From positions 1 through 54,862 of the forward strand of contig JANMQV010000047.1 in the NCBI GenBank assembly GCA_031370645.1: 54,862 nt of DNA, read 5' to 3'. Made by a program: the position numbers and the translations under genes. This DNA is from Candidatus Eiseniibacteriota bacterium. GTDB taxonomy: Bacteria; Eisenbacteria; RBG-16-71-46; SZUA-252. Below, piece after piece: positions 1-9,040 of this stretch. Numbering within the stretch: position 1 is the stretch's first letter; every line of letters begins with the position of its first letter. Under the pieces are notes generated by a model. That model had not been told where the DNA came from. It was given only the letters and a program-made list of their open reading frames with translations, and ran no database searches.

Positions 1-414
1 GTCATCGTGCCGGGGAGCGATCCGTCGGCGCAGCCGCACGTCGTGCGTCTCCAGACGGCCGAGTTCGAGATTCCGACCTATCTCATGATCGGAATGGCGT
101 ACGACCTCCCGATGGGCGAAAGTCGACACGTGGGGCTCTACGGCACCTTCCAGTCGAACAATTTCTCGACCGACGAGTACCACATTGGCGCCGACTTTCC
201 GGTCGGCGAATGGCTGAACCTGCGCGGCGGATTCCAGGGGCAGGTCCCGCTTAGCAAGCAAGACCGGCAGCAGGATTACATCTACTCCTACACCTACGGC
301 GCGGGGGTCAATTTCAAGCTGGGCGACCGACCGTTCCATTTCGATTGGGCCGGGAGCCACGCGGGCGAGTTCTTCGACGACAATCAGCAGTTCTCGCTCG
401 GCCTCACGTTTTGA
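1..414 (+). CDS. Partial (5' truncated) outer-membrane beta-barrel protein, PorV/PorQ (UPF0164)-like
   Basis: Frame open from base 1 to TGA at 412-414; amphipathic beta strands (IPTYLMIGMAYD, LNLRGGF, YTYGAGVNF, FHFDWA) and a terminal Phe (QFSLGLTF) typical of BAM substrates. Confidence 0.65.
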   Translation, partial: VIVPGSDPSAQPHVVRLQTAEFEIPTYLMIGMAYDLPMGESRHVGLYGTFQSNNFSTDEYHIGADFPVGEWLNLRGGFQGQVPLSKQDRQQDYIYSYTYGAGVNFKLGDRPFHFDWAGSHAGEFFDDNQQFSLGLTF

Positions 415-2156
415 CCGAAAGGCAGTCGAAGTGTTTCTTCCGGGGCGGACCTTCGCGGGTCCGCCCCGCTTCGTTCCCCTATCGAGGCGCGGCGAGGTCC
501 GTCGCCGGGACGCTCCTCCTCGGCGCGCTCTTCGGGGCAGCTCCGGCGGGCGCCGCGCGGGCTCCGGCGGCTGTAGCCGACCCTCCGACTTCCGCGTCGG
601 AAGGGGCGCGCGGCTTCTACGCCGACTCGATCGATTCGATCCTCGGTCCCGACCTGGGCGGCGCCCAGATCGGGCTCTTGGCGGTTTCGTCCGACCGGGC
701 CGATACGCTGCTCGCCTATCGAGAGGGAAGGAGGCTCATTCCGGGAAGCAACACGAAGCTCTTCCCCACGGGTGCGCTCCTGGCGCTCCACGGCCCGCAG
801 GGGAAGCGCATCACCACGCTCGAAGCCCGCGGAAAGGTGAAGCGATCGGGCAAATCGGGTGAAGCGCGCAGCTACGAACTGAAGGGCGACTTGACGCTCC
901 GGCCCTGCGGCATGCCGGACGTCGTGCCGCTCCTTCGCCCGGGATCGCGCGGCCTCCTCGATTCGCTCGCGGCGCTCCTCCGGGCGAGCGGGCTCAAGCG
1001 CTTCGAGGGAACGCTCTACGTCGATCGGACGCTTTTCGCGGCGGAGCCCTTTCCGCCGGGATGGGCGCAGGACGATCTTGGATACTCCTACGGCGCCCCG
1101 CTCGGGCCCGTGCTCGCGAACGGAAACGCGGCGCTCGTCACCGCGAGCGAAGAGAAGGGAACCATCCGCCTCCAGCTCGATCCTCCCGACACGCCGATCA
1201 CGATCAGGGTAACGAGCATCGTCGTCGGCGACTCGAGCGCGGTGGGTTGGCTCACGCCGCGATGGGCGACCGGATCGCGCGTGCTCGAGATCGCCGGCAT
1301 GGTCCCTCGCGCAGGGGCGGTGAAGCGGTCGATCGCGATGTCCGATCCCGACTCCGCGGCCGCGGCGCTACTCCTAGCCGCCATGCGCCGCGAGGGAATC
1401 GAAGTGAAGAAGGTCTCGTTCGGATTCCTGCTCCCCGGCCGGGACGGTAGCGGACCGATGGGGCCGGACGCGTGGCGCGGTATCGAGCCAAATGAGAATC
1501 GCGCGTGGCGCGGCGATCCGGTGACGGCCGGATGGGACTCGGTCACGAGCACGCGGAGCGCCACGGTGGCGGCGCTGTCGTCGCTTCCAATCGGCGAGGC
1601 GATCGGCGTGGTGAACGCGAGGAGTCTCAACATCGAAGCCGAAGGAATTCTGCGTCTCGTCAGTCCGGCGGGGTGGTCGAAGAGCCGCCGCGAAGGCATC
1701 GCGCAGATCTACCGGCTCGCGGCGGAGGCGGGAATCGATACGCTCGATCTTTCGCTCGTGGACGGTTCGGGGCTCTCGCCTCAAAATCTCGTCACACCGC
1801 GCGCGCTCGTCCGGTGGCTCTCCGTTTCGGATCAGACGGAGGCAACGCGCGGCGTGCTCCGCAGGGGGCTTGCCATCGCCGGCGCTCCGGGATCGACGCT
1901 CGAGCGGCGCTTCATGTCGCTACCGCCGGGCGCGGATCTCCGCGCGAAGACCGGAACGCTCACCAACGTCACGTCGCTCTCGGGGTACTTGCGAACGGTG
2001 GAAGGGGAGGAGATCGTTTTCGCCATGATCGTGAATGCCGCGCGGCGTTCGGTCGCCTCCGCGCGCGACGCCGAAGAGCGTCTCGTCTCGTTCCTGGCGC
2101 GTGTTCCGCGGCTCCGGGGAGCCCCCTTCCTGCCGCCGGGGAGCGCTCCGCGATGA
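411..2156 (+). CDS. dacB: D-alanyl-D-alanine carboxypeptidase/endopeptidase (PBP4, peptidase S13)
   Basis: SxxK (PGSNTK), SxN (SLN), KTG (AKTGTL), DGSGLS motifs. The start is uncertain; TTG at 411 overlaps the upstream TGA (TTGA) and precedes a hydrophobic signal segment. Confidence 0.9.
   Translation: MTERQSKCFFRGGPSRVRPASFPYRGAARSVAGTLLLGALFGAAPAGAARAPAAVADPPTSASEGARGFYADSIDSILGPDLGGAQIGLLAVSSDRADTLLAYREGRRLIPGSNTKLFPTGALLALHGPQGKRITTLEARGKVKRSGKSGEARSYELKGDLTLRPCGMPDVVPLLRPGSRGLLDSLAALLRASGLKRFEGTLYVDRTLFAAEPFPPGWAQDDLGYSYGAPLGPVLANGNAALVTASEEKGTIRLQLDPPDTPITIRVTSIVVGDSSAVGWLTPRWATGSRVLEIAGMVPRAGAVKRSIAMSDPDSAAAALLLAAMRREGIEVKKVSFGFLLPGRDGSGPMGPDAWRGIEPNENRAWRGDPVTAGWDSVTSTRSATVAALSSLPIGEAIGVVNARSLNIEAEGILRLVSPAGWSKSRREGIAQIYRLAAEAGIDTLDLSLVDGSGLSPQNLVTPRALVRWLSVSDQTEATRGVLRRGLAIAGAPGSTLERRFMSLPPGADLRAKTGTLTNVTSLSGYLRTVEGEEIVFAMIVNAARRSVASARDAEERLVSFLARVPRLRGAPFLPPGSAPR
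441..476 (+). terminator. Intrinsic-terminator-like hairpin after the barrel gene
   Basis: Perfect 11-bp stem CGGGGCGGACC/GGTCCGCCCCG (441-451/458-468) followed by a weak pyrimidine tail CTTCGTT. Confidence 0.55.
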
Positions 2157-3094
2157 TTCGCCGCCGCGCCCTCGTGGCACCGCCCCGACTTCGACCGGGC
2201 GACCGGATCGAGTTGGTCGCGCCCTCGGGCGCCGTGAAGCGTCCACTCGTCCTCGCGGGGGCACGACTCCTCGAGGAGGCGGGATTCCGGGTCACGTTCG
2301 GGCGACACCTCTTCGATCGCCGCGGCCATTTGGCGGGTGCCGACTCCGCGCGAGCCGACGACATGAATCGCGCGCTTCGAAACCACGACGTTCGCTGCAT
2401 TTTGATGGCGCGCGGCGGATACGGAACGATGCGAATCGCGCCCGAGATCGACTGGTCCGCGATGCGGCGCGACCCGAAGATCTACGCCGGCTTTTCCGAC
2501 GCGACCACCTTCCACGCCGGCTTCTCGCTTCACGCCGGCGTGCGGACGCTCCATGGTCCGAACGCGCAGGGATTCGGAAGCGTCTCGGCTCGGGAACTGA
2601 AGCGCTGGGTCGCTTGGGTGTCGGTGCCACGCCCCGAGCCTCGCTGGAGGCGTCTGCGAGCCCCGTTCAGACTCGCCGGTCCCTCCACCCCGGTCTCCGG
2701 TCGGGTGATGGGCGGAAACCTCGTCCTCCTCCACTACGCGGCGCTCGGGGGGATCCTCCCCTCGCTTCGGGGAAGCCTCCTCTTCCTAGAGGAAGTCAAC
2801 GAGGCGCCCTATCGCGTCGACGGACTCCTGATGTCGCTCCGACTTTCAGGTGCCCTGCGGGGCGTGCGGGGAGTGGCCCTAGGCGACTTCACGAATTGCG
2901 TGCCGCAGAAAGGGCACCGCGAACTGCCGCTACGTGAGGTGCTCCGCGATCACCTGTCGCCTCTCGGGGTGCCGGTGGTGAAGGGAATCACGGCGGGGCA
3001 TGGATTGCGGAACATTCCGTTCCCGCTCGGCGCCCGCGCCACGTTACGCCCGTCGCAGGGAGTCGTGGAGTTTGAGGAGGGGCTCGTCTCGTAG
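2153..3094 (+). CDS. ldcA: LD-carboxypeptidase (peptidase S66)
   Basis: RGGYG, GFSD (nucleophile Ser), GGNL, LEEVNE, GH motifs; ATGA overlap with dacB. Confidence 0.9.
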   Translation: MIRRRALVAPPRLRPGDRIELVAPSGAVKRPLVLAGARLLEEAGFRVTFGRHLFDRRGHLAGADSARADDMNRALRNHDVRCILMARGGYGTMRIAPEIDWSAMRRDPKIYAGFSDATTFHAGFSLHAGVRTLHGPNAQGFGSVSARELKRWVAWVSVPRPEPRWRRLRAPFRLAGPSTPVSGRVMGGNLVLLHYAALGGILPSLRGSLLFLEEVNEAPYRVDGLLMSLRLSGALRGVRGVALGDFTNCVPQKGHRELPLREVLRDHLSPLGVPVVKGITAGHGLRNIPFPLGARATLRPSQGVVEFEEGLVS

Positions 3095-3106
3095 CGGATC
3101 TCTAGG

Positions 3107-4402
<1,296 letters not shown>

Positions 4403-4533
4403 CAACGGTCCTTCAGCCTCGCTCGAATGGGTTGCCGGCACCGGTCAGGGCCGGTGCCGGATTCTGTAAGTGATGAAAAGACTTCATTTTTAGGCCCCAG
4501 GTAGTGTAGAGAAGTCGGAGGGAGCGATCAAGC

Positions 4534-5766
4534 ATGTACTACTTCTACTGGCTGCCGATCGGCACGGATGCCCGCGTTCCACGGACCCCCTGGGTCACGT
4601 GGTCGCTGGTTGCCGCCAACGTGTTTGTTTTCGCGGCGATACATCTCACGCCGGGGGCGGTCGCGGCGTCCTACGGATGGGCGTTCAAAGCCGCCCATCC
4701 GACCATCGGGTCCGCGCTCGCCTCGCTCTTCATGCACGCCGATCCGCTTCATCTCCTCGGCAACATGCTCTTCCTCTCCGTGTTCGGGCCGGCTCTAGAG
4801 TCGAGAATCGGGGGGCTCCGCTTCATCATCTGCTACCTCGCCTGCGGCTGGCTCTCGAACCTGGCCCAAGCGGCCGCCATCCTCTCCTGGATCCCCGAAC
4901 TCGCTTCGGTTCCGATCGTCGGAGCGTCGGGGGCGATCTCCGGGCTCATGGGCCTCTTCCTCGTCCGGCTCTACTTTGCGCGACTTCGCTTCGCGTCGAT
5001 GACGATGCTCCTCCTGCACGGCACCGTCCGCCCCACCCGATTCACGCTTCCGGCCATCGTTGGCATCGCACTCTGGTTCGGATTGACCATCGCGCAGGCG
5101 ATCGCGTTGGAGGCGCCCGAGACCGCCTACGTCGCGCACCTCGGCGGCGCGCTCCTGGGTGCCTCCTTCGGCTTCGCCATGGGCCTCGCGTCGGAGGGAC
5201 GGCTGGAGCACCACCTCGCGAGGGCGAAGCGGCAATCGGAGCGGGGCGAGTGGTTCGCGGCGCTGGGGGAAGTGGAGGCCTACCTGGCGCGCGTTCCGGA
5301 CGATCCGGCCGTCCTGGCGCAAGCAGCGCGCATTCAGCGCGTCACGCAACAGGAGGCACAGGCCGCCGCGCGATTCCGAGAAGCGATCCGACTCTGGCTC
5401 AAACGCGGGTCGCTCCGGGATGCCTGCGACGGGTACGAGGAGATGAAGCGGCTATTGGGGGCGGTGACGCTTCCTCCGGCGGAACTCCTCCGGGTGGCGC
5501 GCGCCTGCGAGGAACTCGGCCGCTCGGCCGATGCGAGCCGCGCCTATGAGGCGTACGGCCGGCGTTACCCCGAGCGACAGGCGGCGGCGCTCGCGCTTTT
5601 GAAGTCCGCCGAGATCGAGCGCCGCCTCTTGAACAACCACGGGCGGGCGCGCTTCCTCTACGACGAACTCCTCCGCCGCCCGATCAACGAGGCCACGCGC
5701 CTCCTCGTGGAAGAGCGCATGGCGGCGACCACGCGAATCCTCGACAAGCAGTCCCCGGCAGCGTAA
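4534..5766 (+). CDS. Rhomboid intramembrane serine protease with C-terminal TPR-like helical domain
   Basis: HADPLHLLGNM, GASG (catalytic Ser), AHLGG (catalytic His); helical repeat-like C-terminal half; GGAGG RBS. Confidence 0.88.
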   Translation: MYYFYWLPIGTDARVPRTPWVTWSLVAANVFVFAAIHLTPGAVAASYGWAFKAAHPTIGSALASLFMHADPLHLLGNMLFLSVFGPALESRIGGLRFIICYLACGWLSNLAQAAAILSWIPELASVPIVGASGAISGLMGLFLVRLYFARLRFASMTMLLLHGTVRPTRFTLPAIVGIALWFGLTIAQAIALEAPETAYVAHLGGALLGASFGFAMGLASEGRLEHHLARAKRQSERGEWFAALGEVEAYLARVPDDPAVLAQAARIQRVTQQEAQAAARFREAIRLWLKRGSLRDACDGYEEMKRLLGAVTLPPAELLRVARACEELGRSADASRAYEAYGRRYPERQAAALALLKSAEIERRLLNNHGRARFLYDELLRRPINEATRLLVEERMAATTRILDKQSPAA

Positions 5767-5799
5767 GTCCGCGCGTTTCGCCCGCGCCGATCCCGACGC

Positions 5800-6351
5800 C
5801 TATTGCAAGCAGTCGAGCTCGGCCAGCTCCTTATTGCGATTCGCCGGGTCGAAGAGATAGACGCGGAATTGCCGGCCCGGCGCGTAGGCGGTGCGCGGGA
5901 CGCAGCGGGAGATGAGGTGATTCTCGAGCGATGCCTTGCTCTCGCGGAGGACCAACTCCTTCGGCATGAAGGCGCGGTCCGGCGTCACGAACCAAAGGAG
6001 CGACGTTGTGTCGTCGTTCAGGTTGTAGACGGCCCGCAGGTCGTAGATCCCGCCCCCATCCGTCGTCGCGCTCGCCAGAAGCTCGCCGTCGTCGAAGAGC
6101 TGGACGAGGACATTCGGCACGGGGCGGTCGTTGATGTCGAGAACGGTCCCCTCGAAGATGGAGATCGGCCGCGAGATACCGAGCGATTGGAACTCGGGCG
6201 GGGAACCGGCTCGATTGTCGAGTGGCGGCGTCGGGTCGAGGCTGGATCCGGAGCCGGTAGGGGGTGCGGCGGCGGCGGGAACGGCCAGAGACAGAAAAAT
6301 GGCTCCGGCGACGGTGATTCGGGCGAGAGTTCTCAAGTTCAACCGACTCAT
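5800..6351 (-). CDS. Secreted hypothetical protein with carboxypeptidase-regulatory-like (prealbumin-fold) domain
   Basis: GGAGG RBS before ATG 6351; signal peptide (RTLARITVAGAIFLSLAVPAAA); GTVLDINDRPVPNVLVQL...TTDGGGIY pattern. Confidence 0.7.
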   Translation of the reverse strand: MSRLNLRTLARITVAGAIFLSLAVPAAAAPPTGSGSSLDPTPPLDNRAGSPPEFQSLGISRPISIFEGTVLDINDRPVPNVLVQLFDDGELLASATTDGGGIYDLRAVYNLNDDTTSLLWFVTPDRAFMPKELVLRESKASLENHLISRCVPRTAYAPGRQFRVYLFDPANRNKELAELDCLQ

Positions 6352-6398
6352 GGACGATACCTCCCAACAGGTCGTCGTCGAGGGCGAACCTCGACGCC

Positions 6399-6427
6399 AC
6401 GCTACCACCCGTATCTCGGCCTGTCAA
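6399..6427 (-). promoter_or_regulatory. Sigma70-type promoter for the 6351-5800 gene
   Basis: Minus strand reads TTGACA-N17-TAGCGT with an extended -10 TG. Confidence 0.65.
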
Positions 6428-6451
6428 CGCAGCTTCCGTAGGAGAATCTCG

Positions 6452-6481
6452 TTGCGCCTCGGGGTACCCGTTTGTTAGGGT
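6452..6481 (+). promoter_or_regulatory. Sigma70-type promoter of the mre operon
   Basis: TTGCGC-N18-TAGGGT with an extended -10 TG. Confidence 0.5.
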
Positions 6482-6574
6482 CCGGAGGCTCTGACACCAG
6501 AGCTCGTCACACCCGCCCGGGAGTGACGGAGGGAGTCGCCCACCATGTCGACCCAAGGACTTCGGGAGGCACGG

Positions 6575-7612
6575 ATGTTTCTCGACCAGTTGATGGGTGT
6601 GTTCTCCAACGATGTCGCGATCGACCTCGGAACGGCGAACACGCTTGTCTATCTGCGCGGTAAAGGAATCGTGCTCAACGAGCCCTCGGTCGTCGCGGTG
6701 GATCGCACGACCGGCAAGGTCATCGCGGTCGGCAGGGAAGCGAAGGCCATGCTCGGGCGCACGCCCGATGAGATCGTGGCTGTCCGGCCGCTCAAGGACG
6801 GCGTCATCGCCGACTTTGAGAAGACCGAGGACCTTCTGCGCGAGTTCATCCAGAAGGCGCTGCGCCGCCGCACGTGGGTGCGCCCGCGCATCATCATCTG
6901 CGTCCCATCGGGAATCACGGAAGTCGAGAAGCGCGCCGTGCAGGATTCCGCGCAGCACGCGGGCGCCCGTGAGGTGCTCCTGGTGCCCGAGCCGATCGCC
7001 GCGGCGATCGGGGTCGGCCTTCCCGTCGGGAAGCCGTCGGGCAACATGATCATCGACATCGGTGGCGGCACGACCGAAATTGCGGTGATGGCCCTCAATT
7101 CGATCGTGAACCAGCAGTCGATCCGCGTCGGCGGCGACGAGATGGACGAGGCGATCGTTCAGTACGTGAAGAAGGCGTACAACCTCCTCATCGGCGAGCA
7201 GACCGCGGAGATGATCAAGATCAAGATCGGCTCGGCGTTCCGTCTTGAGGTGGAGGAGGAAATGGAGATCAAGGGCCGCGATCTGGTGGCCGGCATCCCC
7301 AAGACCATGAAACTCTCCTCGGTGGAGGTCCGCGAGGCGCTCAATGAGCCGCTCCAGCAGATCGTCGAGGCGCTCCACAAGTCGCTCGAAAAGACCCCCC
7401 CCGAACTCGCGTCCGACATCGTCGACCGCGGCATCGTCATGACGGGCGGCGGTTCGCTCCTCCGCGGAATCGACATGCTCCTCCGCGAGGCGACAAATCT
7501 TCCCATCACCGTCGCCGAAGACCCGCTCACGTGCGTCGTCCTCGGCACCGGCAAGATCCTCGACGATCCGACCCAGTACGAAAAAGTGCTCATGTCGGTC
7601 GTCCGCGACTGA
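6575..7612 (+). CDS. mreB: Rod shape-determining protein MreB
   Basis: [38 protein letters not shown] before ATG 6575. Confidence 0.97.
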   Translation: MFLDQLMGVFSNDVAIDLGTANTLVYLRGKGIVLNEPSVVAVDRTTGKVIAVGREAKAMLGRTPDEIVAVRPLKDGVIADFEKTEDLLREFIQKALRRRTWVRPRIIICVPSGITEVEKRAVQDSAQHAGAREVLLVPEPIAAAIGVGLPVGKPSGNMIIDIGGGTTEIAVMALNSIVNQQSIRVGGDEMDEAIVQYVKKAYNLLIGEQTAEMIKIKIGSAFRLEVEEEMEIKGRDLVAGIPKTMKLSSVEVREALNEPLQQIVEALHKSLEKTPPELASDIVDRGIVMTGGGSLLRGIDMLLREATNLPITVAEDPLTCVVLGTGKILDDPTQYEKVLMSVVRD

Positions 7613-7632
7613 GCTTCGGGGGGTAAGCCCCG

Positions 7633-8547
7633 ATGCTTCGAAATCTGCTCTTCCGCCGTCCCGACTGGACGGTCTTCGTCGTCACCACGCTCCTCTGCCT
7701 GAGCATGATGTTTCTCGAACGACGCGCCCAAGAGCGCGTCGTTTGGTTTTTACAGCACACCGTTCTCGCGCCCGCGGAGATGGCGGCCGGCTGGGTGGAG
7801 CGCGGCGTCGGCGTCTATTGGGAGAACCAGCGCCTGCGCCAGCGGGTCGCTTCGCTCCAGATGGAAGTCGACGCGATGCGCGCCGAACGGGGTGAAAACT
7901 CCCGCCTTCGCCGCCTCCTCGAACTCGATCAGCGCCATCCCTACGCCCTCGTGGCCGCCGACGTGGCGGGCAGGAGCCTCGACCGCCTCGGCGGGAGCCT
8001 CACGCTCGACAAGGGAGAGTTGGACGGCGTGACGGCGAATCGCGCCATCCTCACGCCCGAGGGACTCGTCGGGAGGGTGGAGCGCGCGACGGCGCATCAG
8101 GCGCGGGTCCTCACACTCCTCCACCGCGACTGCGCCGTGGCCGCCCGCGTGGCGCGGACGCGCGTCGAAGGGGTCATTCGCTGGGATTTCGGCGACCAGC
8201 CGACGCTCCATCTCCTCTACGTTTCCTCGCAGGAGGACGTGAAGCCGGGCGACCTCGTGGTGACGTCGGGGCAGGGGGGGATCTTCCCGGCGGGAGTGCG
8301 GATCGGCACCGTCGACCGCGTGGCGCTCGAGCCGAACGGGCTCATGAAGGAGATCGTCGTCAAGACCGCGGTCGATTTCCGCGGCTTGGAGCAGGTGCTC
8401 GTCTACACCCCGTCCGGAGCGGGCGCGGTGGCGCCGAGCGATCTGCTCGGTAAGGACGCGCCGGCCGATTCCGCTTCGGCCGCGGCCGACTCTTCTTCAG
8501 CGGGCGCTGCTGGCGCCGCGAACCCGGCGGGGAGTGTCGCGCCGTGA
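7633..8547 (+). CDS. mreC: Rod shape-determining protein MreC
   Basis: N-terminal TM, coiled coil (ENQRLR, ENSRLRRLL), GLVGRV, GDLVVTSGQGGIFPAG; position after mreB. Confidence 0.95.
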   Translation: MLRNLLFRRPDWTVFVVTTLLCLSMMFLERRAQERVVWFLQHTVLAPAEMAAGWVERGVGVYWENQRLRQRVASLQMEVDAMRAERGENSRLRRLLELDQRHPYALVAADVAGRSLDRLGGSLTLDKGELDGVTANRAILTPEGLVGRVERATAHQARVLTLLHRDCAVAARVARTRVEGVIRWDFGDQPTLHLLYVSSQEDVKPGDLVVTSGQGGIFPAGVRIGTVDRVALEPNGLMKEIVVKTAVDFRGLEQVLVYTPSGAGAVAPSDLLGKDAPADSASAAADSSSAGAAGAANPAGSVAP

Positions 8548-9038
8548 AATCGTTCCGGGATGGCGTCGTCCTTCTGGTCGTTCTCTCGCTCCAGGCGACG
8601 CTTCTCTATCGGCTCGAAATCGGCGGCATCCGGCCGGATCTTCTCGTGGCGTTCGTGGTTTATTTCGGATGGATGCGGGGCCCGATCCCGGGCACGCTCG
8701 GCGGCTTCGGCGTCGGACTCATTCAGGATCTCGACGCCGCGGGGCCGCTCGGTCTCAATGCGTTCGCGAAATCGGTGGTGGGCTTCCTCGTCGCGAGGGC
8801 TGGGTTCCGCGTCCACCGGTCGAACGTCGGTGTTCGCTTCGCCTTCTTTTTCGCCGCGCTCCTCCTCCACGACCTCATTTACTACGCGGTCGCGACGGGG
8901 GGAGACGGAGGGGAATTCGTAAAGCAGATGATCGTGAAAGCCCTCCCGACCGCGCTCTACACGACGGTTGCCACGCTCCTCCTCCTCGGCGTCGCGGAGC
9001 GCTTCACGCGCCGCCGCCTCCTGACGGACGAGACCTAG
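8544..9038 (+). CDS. mreD: Rod shape-determining protein MreD
   Basis: Polytopic membrane protein with PDL and GLIQD motifs; between mreC and mrdA. Confidence 0.9.
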   Translation: MKSFRDGVVLLVVLSLQATLLYRLEIGGIRPDLLVAFVVYFGWMRGPIPGTLGGFGVGLIQDLDAAGPLGLNAFAKSVVGFLVARAGFRVHRSNVGVRFAFFFAALLLHDLIYYAVATGGDGGEFVKQMIVKALPTALYTTVATLLLLGVAERFTRRRLLTDET

Positions 9039-9040
9039 CG

